Shown in pieces: positions 12,842 to 25,624 of a stretch of DNA of 64,000 nt; position 1 is the first letter of the stretch; the number at the start of each line of letters is the position of its first letter. Source of the stretch: Mobula hypostoma (taxonomy: Eukaryota); assembly GCF_963921235.1 (NCBI RefSeq), contig NC_086097.1, forward strand, positions 151,096,001 through 151,160,000. The letters are read 5' to 3'. Made by a program: the position numbers and the translations under genes. The notes below the pieces were generated by a model that saw nothing but the letters and a program-made list of their open reading frames with translations, did no database searches and was not told where the DNA came from.

Positions 12842-13639
12842 CTTATTAAAAAGAAATATAAAAATAGGTCACAGTAGTCTATTTTTAGGTTCGCTTCCTC
12901 ACATTACCATTGCAATCTTTATTTATGAAGTTTACTTTTCCCTCCTGATTTTGCAAGTCATTTTAAGCTACAGTGCCCATTAAGTTCTTCATGAATGGTT
13001 GCTAATAAGGTTAAAGTAAAGCAAAACTTGAAAGTGACACAAATTGCTTGGTAGAAAGGACGTTGTGCATATCTGTGGTCTAAGGGAGTTGCTTGGAGAT
13101 GAAAGTTAGAGACTATTTTCTTAGATGATTATGCCCTAATCTCAGGGGTGCACAGAAACCCCAATACAGCTAGTTTTTGTGGCTCGACTGCATTTTTTGT
13201 AATTTGGTTCTGATGCCCATTCCAAACCTGGAGATAACATTAATAATAAAACTAACCAGCTTTGCTTATCCTTAGCCCATGATATTCAGTCCCAGCATGT
13301 CTAGTCACTGTTCTGTATTCCACTCAGAGTGCTGTTTCGATTCACATGATGTCACCTGGATACAATTTGCATATTTAAAAATAGCTCTCACCAGCTAAAA
13401 AAGAGCAAACTACTGTTCGGAGATTGTGCATTAGTCAGAATGGGCAGATCTCCAGTTTTATTCCAAGTGACACCTCAGCATTATACCAGAGAGAAATAAA
13501 ATCAGGTTTTGAATTAAGAAAGTCAGTGCAGTTTCTTTTAACTGTGAATATGGCAATAAACAAACCTTCTAACTTAACCTGGTAAAGTGTCTATGGGCTG
13601 ACAAAAAGGAGTTGCATAAATGAGTGGAAATGAGTGACG

Positions 13640-14225
13640 TGAAATATTTTAAAAAATGGAAACTATTAGGAGTACTGTATCCAGATTTGGACACCATACT
13701 GGCGAAGAATTCAAGGTCTTAGTGAAATTACTGAAGTGATTTGCTAGAATGCCACCAAGGATGAGACACTCCAGAAAGATGAGAAAATAGCATTGTTCTT
13801 ATTACAAAGGAAATACAAGAGTCTACAGATGCAGTAATCCGGGGCAGCAAACAATGTGCTGGAGGAACTTAGCAGGTCACCCAGCAATTGTGGGAGTAAA
13901 GAGTCTGCTGATGTTATGGGTTGAAAACCTGCATCAACCAATTTGTGGATCAGATGCTCTATAAAGTTTGTCCTCTTAGCTTAAACCAATGCCCTCTTGT
14001 TTTTGACTGCACTGCCATGGAAGAAAATTCTGTGTATCTATCCTATCTATGCCCTTCATAATTTTATATACCTCTATTAGATCACCCCTCAGCCTCCCTC
14101 GCTGGGAGCCCAACCTCTCCGATTTCTCCCCAGAACACAAGTTCTCCATTCCAGCTGAATCTCCTCTGTTTGATAGTTGCTGAGGATACATTTCCATGCT
14201 GTATCTCTCTATGACTCTATGATTA
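13640..14225. mobile_element. Composite of CR1 fragments and a Penelope-derived short element (13810-13940)
   Basis: ORF 13976-14197 RLRGDLIEVYKIMKGIDR (CR1); atgtgctggaggaacttagcaggtca resembles the Penelope terminal arm at 58.5/59.5 kb. Confidence 0.7.
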
Positions 14226-16104
14226 AATGTCTATTCTTGTTATAAGAATTTTGGCAAGAGAGTCAGTGAAAATAAAAGAAAACATTTTTAATGTTATTAT
14301 CTTGAATGGATTCAAAGGATAATGGAAACAGATTTCACAACAATTTCCAAACAGAATTTGGTAATTGCTTTCAGAAGACTGTGGTTCAAGTCCATCCAAC
14401 AACATTGTCTTGAGCAAACAAACTGAGTTGAGTAGGATAGGGATTGTTTATTATTGGAGCTGTGATCATGAGGGAGAACATTAAACTGAGCTCATACTCA
14501 CTCTGCACGTGAATGTAAAAAAAATCCTACTTTGAGAAATGTAAGGGAGATATATCTGCTGTTTTAACAAGATCTGCTGTTTTAACATCCCTCTTATTTA
14601 ACACCACTAAAAGACTTGAATAACTGGAAATAGTTACAGTCTATTATTTTGCATGTTGCGCAAGTTACTGCTGCATTTCCTGTATTACACCAGTGACTGC
14701 TCTTCAGAAGAACTGCTAACTCTGTAAAACACTTAGGACATCCTGAAATCCTGGGAGCTGATGTACTTGCATCTTTCGGTTTCTTACTGTACACCAAAAG
14801 AAAGCATTAACCACATTGAAACAACTAATCACACCAACGTTAGTTACAGTAATGGCTGCCTATGATGCCTGCAAAGTTACTTTTGGGATCTTTGTATGAT
14901 ATCCCTTTGCTGCTTTATTGGATATTTCTGTCTCAGTCAAGATGTAAACAAAGGAAAATCATAAAATCAGTGTATTTGCCTGTTAATATGGATATCAGTT
15001 TTTAGGATTGAAGTGATTACCAGACAATGTTGCTAAATATTTCCGATCACTGTTTAGCAATTTTCAATAAAGGAGAACAAAATAGCATTTTATTACCATA
15101 CTAGCAGAGTATGAGCACAGAGCAATAGAAAGTGTTACCCACTGGGCATGCAAAATCCATGTGTGAAAATCTAATTTTCTAATTTCAAAGAATGGAAAAT
15201 TAGCTCCATTCACTTAATGTGAAAAGGCAAAATTATGCCAGTGGACATATTCAAAATTTCAGTACAAAAATATTCAGACCTCTGGCCAGGTTGGACCTCA
15301 TGTCTAATCCAATACCCAGACACAATTTCAGTAGACAGCGATTATCCTGCAGCAAGGAGTTGTAAACTAATTCCTAGCATGGGTGATTTGACGAGGAAAA
15401 TAAATGAGGAAAATCTGACTATTTAGCCTTTGAAACGTGATGACAGAGAGTAATCTTCAGAGAACATAAAAATCCAAGCAACTCTCCATACATGGTGAAA
15501 GGCAAACGTACAGGTAATGACAGGGTGATTCTTCACATTGAGGGCAGTGAACACATGGTAAGTGTTCTTGATAAGTTATTAGAAAAAAAAACAACCAGAT
15601 AGTTATGAATTATTGGATCTGGACAAAGGAACAAACTTCTGTTAATTGCTTGAGCTACAAAATGTTCATGGTCTTCATAATTTTTGTTGTCTTATTGTGT
15701 TAAGGTTTCAGGAGTTAGTTTGGCATCAAGAGATTTTTGAAAGGAAAACTATCAACTCAGTTGCATATTTCAGATTTCTCCTGATTTGAAAAGATGGTAT
15801 AATGAATGGTTGAATAATTATCACCCACTTTACTCTTCCATAGTAGGAATTGCTACCTCTGTTACAAATGTTGGGTCTATACCAGATTTTCATGAGTTCA
15901 GCATCACCATTCACTCTCGTCAGTGGAGCTTTTCAGGATATTGAGTGTGTCCTTTTTCACAATGAAATTGTGACCCAAGATATTCTATCAATAAGACATA
16001 ATATCGGAAACAAACTGTCAAACTGAAAATTCATGAAATTAGATTTCAGAAGCAGGGTTCAACATGCTTAATCAACCAAACCAGACTGTTAGCATATGTG
16101 ATCA

Positions 16105-16580
16105 CATGCTACAGCTAGAGAGGGTGCAGAAAAGATTTATAATGGTGTTGCCAAGACTGAAGGGCTTGAGTTGTAAGGAGAGAACAGAACAGATAAGCTA
16201 GGACTGTTTCCCTACAGCACGTAAGACTTCGGGGTGACTTTGCAGATGTTTATAATAAGGGGCATGGATGAGGAGGATGGTTACATTCTTTTTCTCAGGG
16301 TAGGTGAGCCAAAAGGAAGAGGGCATAGGTTTACCTTGAGAGAGAAAGATTGAATAGGGATCTGAGAGGCAGGTTTTTCATACTGACGGTGGTGGGTGTA
16401 AAGAATGAGCTGCCCGAGGAAGTAGTGGAGGAAAGTATAATTACAACATTTAAAAGACAATTGGATGGGCTCATGGATGGGAAAATCTTAGAGGGATTTG
16501 GGACAAATGAGACTAGCTCAGGAAGGCAGCTTGGTAGGCCTAAGGGTCTACTTCCGTGCTGTACAACTCCATGACTACGA
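16105..16580 (+). mobile_element. CR1 3' fragment
   Basis: ctagagagggtgcagaaaagattt, ORF NRDLRGRFF..NELPEEVVE..TFKRQLD, and tail. Confidence 0.85.
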
Positions 16581-19481
16581 CTAACTCATCACAATTTGAA
16601 GCAAGTGGTAAGATCTACCAACTTGAAGTGTAACTAAATTAAGGGAAATTTAGATGGTTGTTAAAGTTCCCATGATATTATTTGAAGAACAGGCATTTCT
16701 ACATTGTTCTGAAGAATACAGGCAAAATACTGATACACAAAATTGCATAAAGATTAAAGTTTAGCCCAATAAACATGTTGGTGTTTATTCTCCATATGAG
16801 CAGTAACCTTGACTAATGTCCACATTTGTACATCAACCATTGATTGAACCTATTCTTAAATATTGACATAGCCTCAGAACAAACTATTATCTCTACAGCA
16901 CGTCCACAGACTTACATAGTTTATTGTGAAAACACTAAATCACCTCTTAGCTTGGATCGGACAACTTTGGTCAGATTACACCAAGAAACCAAGTATGGCT
17001 GGCCCAGGGTAACATTGAATGACAGAAAGTATTAAAATTAGGGAAGCTTGTGGGTATGAGGGATGTGATTCATTTAGAAATGTTGAGAAATTGAGCAGGG
17101 AAAGGAAGAATGCACAAAAGCATTCATTGATAGTTGCTTATAATGAAATTCAAGGAGAAAGACTCAGCAGCTATACACTGGCTATATGGTCCATCTATCT
17201 GTCTCAGGATTTTATGTTTGAGTCTAAAATGTCACATCTCAACCTCCTTTGCTACAGGGAAAACAGTACAAGCCTATCCATCTGTCCTCATAACTCACGC
17301 CCTCTCTAGCTTAATCCACAGAGAATGGAATAGCACACGATACTTGGAGTGCGGCCTAACCATACTTTTTTGTAAAACAGGCGGAAGTTATTATAATAGT
17401 GGCAAGTTTGGTCATGTGACTCGGGATTGCTTGGCATGAGGAAGAGGAATATAGTACTGGTAAGTCTCTGAGCACACAAAGCACCAGATATCATGATTAT
17501 TCAATGGGAGATAAACCCAAATTGGGGAGGAGATAGAGAGAAACCAATGCAGGTACACACTGAACAATAAACCATTGACTGCCGTGCCTGGGCCCACATT
17601 GGAAGAAAAACATAGCTCTGATTGTAGGAAAGAGGAGGGAATATCTGATAGATACAGAGACATTCAAGGGATTCACAGAGGCATCATTGCTCCCTGGAGC
17701 CTATCAAATCTTAACCATATGTCTGAGCTTCCTACAGTTACAATATTCTAGATGGGTTTCATACACTTGATTTCCCCTTCGGATGTTTGCTGTGTCTCAC
17801 CACATTCATAATGTCACTGTCTCTGCAGCTCTGCTTAATTGTTGAGTTTCAGGATACGTGAGGTTTTCTTTCATTTTCCCTCCCTTCCATCCTCTTGTGG
17901 CTCCTTTATGGGAAATATGCTGGTTGGTGGGAACAAGTGAGCCACAAAAGTCATATATTTTAATAAATTAGCATGAGGAGTGAGGAATGTTGGGATTAAA
18001 CTGTGTGGATGCAAATGTCTTTGTGATGGATTTAATCATCCATTCCATATAGAAGGGCAGTGAAGGACAGTGAGTTCCGATGGAGGATCAACGAATGATG
18101 TTTGTGACTGAAGTTAGGGGAGCATATGAGCTTGAGACACTGGTCCAAATGAGGTCAGAAAGGAGCAAGCCATTATGGAAAAAGAAAGGACAGTTTGCAA
18201 ACAAACTGTGGTCATGTCTTATCAGGGTTAATATTAGGGTGAGCTGTGCCCAAAGCCAGAGTTGGAGCAATTTCCATTACATGCCTGGGAGCTAAATTAA
18301 CAGTTAGTTATAATATAAAAGCTATTGAAGATTATAGAGAGTACAAAGGCTATAACAGTGCATGTTATTTTGTTGTAACTTGCAACGTTTCTTATCGTAT
18401 AATCTAATGTCACTTATCTTTGATAGCTTCCTGGAATATTTTGTGTGATACTAGTTGCAGTATCTAATGTATATAAGTAGTCCTGTTTCTAACGTTATTA
18501 AAGAAAGTTCTGAGTTATGTTGCCCTATGAGTCTTTGCTAGCTTTACCCCACCTGAAGGAGTTCAAGGCTGACCAAGGTTAAGATCTTTTAGGGAGCACT
18601 ACTCTTTTATTTTTCATTTTTCTCTATTTTTCCCCTTTGTCTCCCTACATATACATAACTTTGCTTTATTACCTTGCAAAAACCTCACATTATTCCTCTT
18701 GAGCATGTGAGTCATGTTGAGGCGAATTGGTCTTTCACAAATACATGAAATTAGCAGTTTACAAGCAGGAATTTACATTGCACCTGATTTCTTTTTCCTC
18801 AGAGATGAAATTAATGGAAAGAAATAGCGCAGAATATAACATGGACTTTTGATTTGTAATTGCTCAATAAGTAATTTCATTGAAGGGAAATTTTATCCCA
18901 AGCATCCCTGTCTGGTTCGACCAGTCTACACCGATCTATCCACATTGATTCTTCTCCCCTCTGGCTGTCACCTGCATTATTACCACTGTATTCCCCTATA
19001 TACACAGGGTCTCTCTCAACCAAATGAACATCCGTCCGAGATAATATGATTGTTCCTTTTTTTTCCATTTGGAAAAGCAAGCAATGTCAGTACTGCTTTA
19101 CATCATCATTCTACATTAAACATGAGTTGATTTCCTCTTGGTCTACTTATTGGTCATGTTCTACAGACCCAGAGAAAATCACAAAGAAAATAACAGCAGC
19201 AAAGAGACTCATTATGTAACATTAAAGTCAACCATTGCTCCCATATGAGCAAATAGAAATAAATAAAACAAAAACGAAAGGGTCCACCAAAACAAGCAAA
19301 CATACAAAAACAGGACTCTGGAGCTGGTTAAGTATGACAGCAAAGGGAAAGTTGGGCTCGAGCCAAATGATATATGCTGACACAAGAGTTACACGACTCT
19401 TGTGCACAAAACAGCTCTGAATCAAGTCTCCAGAACAGCACTTCAGTGCCAAGGTGAACCAGAAGCTATAGGATTACTAAC

Positions 19482-19537
19482 AGGCTCTCCTTCACTCAAG
19501 GTAGAACACTGGAATTGTTCAAGTGCCTCTTCCTCTG
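19482..19537 (-). pseudogene. Candidate 56-nt exon
   Basis: Acceptor ctagtttgctttcctcag|, reads (A)EEEALEQFQCSTLSEGEP, donor |gttagt. The frame is inherited from the 22928-22973 exon. Confidence 0.4.
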
Positions 19538-19720
19538 CTGAGGAAAGCAAACTAGATGAAAGTAGCAGGTTAATAAGAAATCAACACAAAGGCTGCATTT
19601 TGAACTGGAGCAAGGCTTCATTCAATTACTACCTCTTTTCCCCAACAGACTGATCTTCTAAAGTTCAATGTTCAAAATTTCATGCACAATTATTATCAAA
19701 GTATGTATACAATATACAAC

Positions 19721-20393
19721 TGTAGCCCCCCTGGCCAGCCTCAGGGTCACTCAGATCACTGTCGTCTAGGGAAACAGCCCTCGGCCCCGCCAAACTGGGT
19801 AATTAGTTTGTGTGGATGACGTGTGATGTATCCCACCCTGCCCAAATAACAGACAACACACCAGATACGATTAAATGTTTTACAGTTTATGGATATTACT
19901 GGAACTATATAATTAATAGAGAGTAAAATATAAAAGGAAAATAAAAGGCGAAACACTTATCAAAGTTTAATCTCTTTGTGCACAAACAGTTGGAGCTCAG
20001 CACCCTCCTTCTTCACCCTGCGACCCCTCGAACCACCTCAACTGGCCGCCTGGGACCAACAACGGTGGTTGACCAGACGCTCCACAAGAGTCCGTCTCCG
20101 TCTCCTCTCCTCGCCGAACGCCTCGCTCGGGGTCCGACCCCGTTAGCGGACTCACAGCACCTGGTCTATCCTCTGTCTCTCTCTCTCCTGCCTTCTGCCC
20201 CAAAACCACATGCATACAATATCTTCAGATACACCAAAAACATAACAACTATCCCAATTGGTTTGTAGCATCTTCTTATCACAGTCTAACCCAAAACAAG
20301 CTGCTAGCGCAAGAACTTTCTCAGCGTTTAACATAACAAAGAAGCCATTTTAATTAGCCTTCGCAATAACATAAAAGACAAAACCCCCTTACA
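19721..20393 (-). repeat. 3' LTR
   Basis: tgtagccccc...ccccttaca; direct repeat of 21749-22449. Confidence 0.95.
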
Positions 20394-20594
20394 CTCTCCC
20401 CCCGCCAAACAAAGTCATGTCCTCATGACTTCTAAATAACTCGCCAACCAGTCCTGCAGACACACAACACACACATACACAGATAAACACAGTGAAAGTG
20501 CTCCCCAAACAGTGGACCTTACGCCCATCCCATGGGCGCTACATAGGCCAACCTATCTGGGAGCTTCCTAATCCTCCGAGACCTCCGTACCCCC

Positions 20595-21287
20595 TCACCT
20601 AAACCCTAAAGGCTCAGACACTATTAGGGATACCTCGGGCCTGCCTGCCAACTCCTCTCTCACTGAGGTGTCTTCAGCGGTCAACTCCCCTCCCTCGTGG
20701 TAGTTCGGAGCATCTACTAAGAGGGTCCCACCCTCAGCTACTTTCCCCAGGCTGTCCCACCGCTGGATCTCGTTTAAATTCGGTACCGGCTCAAGGCTGC
20801 TACACATATCCTCAGAAGCAACTCGACACGCTGGGTGCCCAGACAATGCCCCCATGAACTCCAGGGTCATTAACCAATCATTGTCTTCTGGATAACTACT
20901 GGCACTGGAACCCAAAATCTCCGGTGCCCTTGTGGTTGTCAAGGGTAAATGCTTCAGACACCAGTTGTAAAACGAACTGTACAACAACTTGACCTGTGCC
21001 CCGGGGTCGAGGATGGCTTTAACATCACTTCCCTCTATCCGTAACGACACCTTGGGGCGTGGTCCCTCTAAGCCTTCAGGAATAGGGTCTTTTCCTTTCG
21101 GAAGTTCATTGGTACATTGCTGGGAACGTGCTTCCCCAGAGACCACAAGCCGTTCCCCCACTGGGCCTCCACTAAGTTTCCCGACACCTCTCTGATCAGC
21201 TGAACAACTGAAGGTGGGGCTGATCCCCTGAAGTGATCCCCCAGGCACTGCAAGCAATTTAGCTGCCCTCCTAGCCAGAGAAGACAC
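20595..21287 (-). pseudogene. Gypsy gag C-terminus and aspartic protease remnant
   Basis: [36 protein letters not shown] has a retropepsin DTG motif mutated to DPG. No RT, RNase H or integrase. Confidence 0.85.
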
Positions 21288-21748
21288 ACTGAAAACCTTC
21301 CTCCCTCTTTCAAATAACGGTGTAAGTGAACCTGACAGCTATAACACCGTCACCAGCCCGCCTACTTAAACTGTCAACCAATCCCTGTCGCTCCCTCAAC
21401 CGAGCACTGCCACTCATCTAACAACTGCGAGATCTGCTCCGCCCACATCTCCGCCCCTCTTGGGGTGGATATTATCCAAACGCCAGGCGGAGCCTGCCAG
21501 AGCTAGAACATTTATTCGCAGACACTACCTCCAAATCAGATGACTCTTTCCACTCTCTCCCAACAGCATAGACAGCCCCGAGTCCCACCTCCAACTCATC
21601 AACGCTAGTCTGAACTCGAACAAAGACCCCACCCACCACGCATGCAGCAATAACCAACAAATAACCCACAGAGACACACATTACTGATTTAAACAGGGCC
21701 ACCACACAGCATACCAGTAGATCCAATCCCGGACAAAAGCCCACACAA

Positions 21749-22449
21749 TGTAGCCCCCCCGGCCACTCTCAGGGTCGCTCGGCTCGCTGTCGTCTAGGGA
21801 AACAGCCCTCGGCCCCACCAAACTGGGTAATTAGTTTGTGTGGATGCTGTGTGACGTACCCCACCCCACCCAAATAACAGACAATACACCAGATACGATT
21901 AAATGCTTTACAGTTTATAGATATTACTGGAACTATATAATTAATAGAGAGTAAAATATAAAAGGAAGATAAATGCACCACACTTATCAAAGTTCAATCT
22001 CTTCGTGCATAAACAGTTGGAGCTCAGGACTCTTCTTCTTCACCCTGCGACCCCTCGAGCCACCTCGACCGGCTGCCTGGGACCAACAACAGTGGTTGAC
22101 CAGACGCTCCACAAGAGTCTGTCTCCGTCTCCTCTCCTCACCGAACGCCTCACTCGGGGTCCGACCCCGTTAGTGGACTCACAGCACCTGGTCCATCCTC
22201 TGTCTCTCTCTCTCCCGCCTTCTGCCCCAAAACTCCGTGCATACAATATCTTCAGACACACCAAAAACGTAACAGCTATCCCAATTGGTTCATAACATCT
22301 TCTTATCACAGTCTAACCCAAAACAAGCTGCTAGCGCAGGAACTTTCTCAGCGTTTAACATAACAAAGAAGCATTCCCAAGTATAACATAACAAAGAAGC
22401 TATTTTAATTAGCCTACGTAGTAACATAAAAGATGAACCCCCCCTTACA
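21749..22449 (-). repeat. 5' LTR
   Basis: Direct repeat of 19721-20393 with an extra copy of taacataacaaagaagc. Confidence 0.95.
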
Positions 22450-22927
22450 CAACCTTGACATTTGTCTCCTTACAGGCAGCCACAAAACAAAGAAATTCAA
22501 AAGAGCCCACTAAAAAAAATGATCATCAAACACCAAATGTACAGAGAAAAATAAACAAATCGTGCAAACAATGAAAGCAAGCAAATTGCACTCAGAATGA
22601 AAGTGAGACCACAGACACAAAGCCCGGAGCAGCTGGAACAGGCCACAGCCACAGCCTCAGCCTCAGTTCAGTGCAGAGCTGAGAAAGAGTCTTGGAGCAG
22701 TGAGAAGAACCGGCCCCACTCTTGGCTCTGGCCTTGACTCCTGCCTTGTCAATCAGGCCTGGCTTTTAAATTGTCCAAACAGCGTGTCATTCCTCGCTTT
22801 TCCTCCATTTCTTTGTTTTGTTCAACATTGAAATTAAGGGAAAGATTGTTTTCATTTTATAGACTCATACAAGAATAAGAAAATGCTTGCCCAAAAATAA
22901 TGTGAGTAAAACCTGTAAAAATATTAC

Positions 22928-22973
22928 CAGTTGCAAGTTCTTCTTTTGATGTACTTGTATTTCTTATTAGAAC
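22928..22973 (-). pseudogene. Candidate 46-nt exon
   Basis: Acceptor cctttctttctcacattgtttag|, reads VLIRNTSTSKEELAT, donor CTG|gtaata. Confidence 0.45.
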
Positions 22974-23402
22974 CTAAACAATGTGAGAAAGAAAGGGTGT
23001 GAGAGGCTAGACTAGGAAATGCAGAAGATAAAAGCCAAAGGGGAGAGAGGTTACCCATCAGTAGGGCGTTTGGTAATTGATCATTGGAAATGGCATAGCA
23101 ACTTCGATGTCACGAGTTGAGTTTCTTTTCTGGCAAGTTATTAAACTGTATGTGTTTAGCAGAATAATTTATGAGATATTACAAGGGAAAAAAAAATCAC
23201 AAAATCTGCAGATCGTTATAATGAAGTGAAAACAATATTGTGATGGGGGAATTCACAAATATTCTCAAGAGAAGGCAGTCTGGTGAGTTTGGGCAAACGT
23301 GTGACTCAGGTTTACGCTACATAATACCATCCAAAGTGGCCCAGAAATTTACTCAGTTTGTTAGAATAAACTGTTAGCTGCACAGAATCCTGACCCCCTC
23401 AC

Positions 23403-23459
23403 CTTTTCAGGATAAATTACCATAGTTAATAAATGTGGTCTTGCAGAATTTCCCATATC
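23403..23459 (-). pseudogene. Candidate 57-nt exon
   Basis: Long pyrimidine tract tcttcttcactttcttacttgttaacag|, reads DMGNSARPHLLTMVIYPEK, donor AAG|gtgagg. Confidence 0.5.
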
Positions 23460-24132
23460 CTGTTAACAAGTAAGAAAGTGAAGAAGAAAGAGGAAGCAGA
23501 ATCCCTGTTTGTTTTTCATTAAATACACCACTATGTAGGCATATGATTTAAAAATTCATCAGGGGAATGTTATTGGTTGCTAGCACTAAAGGCATGCAAG
23601 AATAATGGCCACTGTAGTTCTCTCCACTGTGGCTAGAAAGAGTGATGATTTCTACAGAAGGACAATAAATTTCAGACCCTTCTCAGAAGAACCATACAGA
23701 CAGAGAGAATGCAAGCTATTCAGTTTTGTAGGCAGGCAGTTTTCTCATGGGTACAAAGAACAATTGTTATTATGAATGAGGAGCTCAATGCCCCATCTGA
23801 TCTCCTTAATTATATGAATTTTGCAGTCCATGAACACTGAGGATAACCTCATTTTACTTAATATGTGCAAGAAACACTAATATTTATTTATGCATTAATC
23901 CACCTTGCTTTGCATTTATTAGAATGGTTAATTGATGATGAACACTATCTCCTGTACTCAGGCTTTTAGACCAGCAAAGATTTATAATGAGAGGCAGACA
24001 ACAATATCAAGAGGCCCACTACACAACAAGAAATGTCTTAGATTGTTGTAGGCATTATTTAAAATCACAGAGAGATCTGATACAACACCACAATGCAACC
24101 GTTCAAGAGTCACCAGAATCATTGCAACTTAC

Positions 24133-24151
24133 TGTGCACTTTCGAACACTT
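24133..24151 (-). pseudogene. Candidate 19-nt microexon
   Basis: actttttctatag|AAGTGTTCGAAAGTGCACA|gtaagt. Confidence 0.4.
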
Positions 24152-24311
24152 CTATAGAAAAAGTCTAGCACCTTACTGAAGCTGAAAGAGATGATAATGA
24201 ACACCATAATTTGAGAAATTTTTAGTGCCTTGGGAGAAATGGATTGGCAATAGCCAGCACACAGAGAAAAATGGAGACTGTAGCACAATGCTTTAAACTA
24301 CACTTCAAAGA

Positions 24312-24660
24312 TTCAGAGAGTCATACAGCACAGGAATAGGCTCTTTGGTGCAACTGGTCCCAGCCAACCAGGATTCCCATCCAAACTAGTCCTATTCAAC
24401 CATTTTGGCCCATATCCCTCTAAACTTTTTTTCCATTCATGTACCTGTTCAAGTATCCTTTAAATGTTGTTAATGTACCTGCCTCAACCACTTCCTCTGG
24501 CAGCTCATTCCATATATTGGCCGCACTCTGGATAAAAGAGATGCCTCTCGGGTCCTGATTAAATCTCTTCCCTCTCACCTTCAACCTATGCTCCCTGGTT
24601 CTTGATTCTCCAACCCAGGGAAAAGAACTATGTACATTCACCCTATCTATGCCCCTCCCA
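24312..24660 (-). mobile_element. CR1 3' fragment
   Basis: ORF 24420-24713 RGIDRV..ESRTREHRLKVRG..WNELPEEVVEAGTLTTFK. Confidence 0.88.
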
Positions 24661-25154
24661 TGAAAAGAGGAAAAAAAAAAAATACCTGTCCATTTCTTTC
24701 CAATGTCCCACAATATTCTTCATTATTAAGGAACTATGTTTCTCAGAGGACATTTTTGCTGTTATGATTTAACAATTAGCATAAATCAAATGGTGCCCTA
24801 AAATTCACACATATTTTCTTCTGCTTTTCATTATTTCTACACCTTGTGCCAGCTGCGTTACTTATTCAAGTTACTAGTTTGCTCTACTTATGAGAAGCTT
24901 ACTGTCTAAAACGAGTTATGGGGATGATTGGAAGAAATCCAAAGATATCAGTGGCTGCTGAGGTTATGGTGATGTCACAGCAGCCTGCCCCAGAGGGAAC
25001 AATTTGCAGAATCATTTCTGTGGCAGTGTCAAGTTCTCCTGGATCATATTTGAATTTTCTTCAGATTCAGGTATTGAAAGGAGACCAAGCATTTAAGACT
25101 TTTCCAGAAACATCAGAGAATATTGCATGCAGTCCACTGAGCATTAACTTGCAT

Positions 25155-25325
25155 AAGACAATCTGCAGGAAGAATTCACTGAGTCAAACAGCATCTGTGG
25201 GAGGAAAGGAATTGTTGATTCCAGCATCCACAATTCTTTTCCTCCTACGAATGATGCTTGACCCTCTGAGTTTTTCCAGCACATTGTTTCTGGTTCCAGA
25301 TTCCAGCACCTACAGTCTGTCATGC
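25155..25325. mobile_element. Penelope-derived short hairpin element
   Basis: Imperfect inverted arms ctgagtcaaacagcatc / gatgcttgaccctctgagtttttccagca and attccagcacctacag, similar to 59480-59550. Confidence 0.55.
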
Positions 25326-25369
25326 CTTCCTTGTTGAACATTAACTTGCAATCTTTTTTGCAACATTAA

Positions 25370-25622
25370 CTTGCACCTTCCAGACCCAAAACCACTACCA
25401 TCTAGAAGGACGAGAACAGCAGATACCTGGGAACACCACCACTTGGAAATTGCCCTCCATGCAACTCACCATCCTGACTTGGAAACATATCGCCGTTCCT
25501 TCATTGTCGCTGGGTCAGAATCATGGAAGTCCCTCCCTAACAGCACTATCAGGGTATCTATTCCTCTGGGACTGCAGTGGTTCAAGAAAGCAGCTCAAGG
25601 GCAGCTAGGGATGGGCAGTAAA
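25370..25622 (+). mobile_element. LINE 3' end of the CR1/L2 group
   Basis: caccatcctgacttggaaacatatcgccgttccttcattgtcgctgggtcagaatcatgg..ggttcaagaaagcagctca..gggatgggcagtaaa. Confidence 0.6.
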
Positions 25623-25624
25623 TT

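Larger units (their letters stand above)
19721..22449 (-). mobile_element. Non-autonomous, internally deleted Gypsy LTR retrotransposon
   Basis: Two TG..CA LTRs (19721-20393 and 21749-22449), 4-bp TSD caac/caac, tRNA-Pro-like PBS (tgtgggcttttgtccgggatt) after the 5' LTR, PPT ggcggggggagag before the 3' LTR, and gag/protease remnants. Confidence 0.95.

Noticed and set aside
15883..15985. Additional minus-strand exon candidate (NILGHNFIVKKDTLNILKSS..)
   Set aside because: Ambiguous acceptor, weak donor and stops in every frame; too weak to list.
19168..19653. Plus-strand exon or ORFs (19235-19420, 19402-19653)
   Set aside because: All frames after the apparent acceptor close quickly and there is no good donor. 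The minus-strand reading fits better.
19978..22309. Duplicated 96-aa ORFs at 19978 and 22005 as paralogous genes
   Set aside because: They are chance ORFs in the two LTRs of one retroelement.
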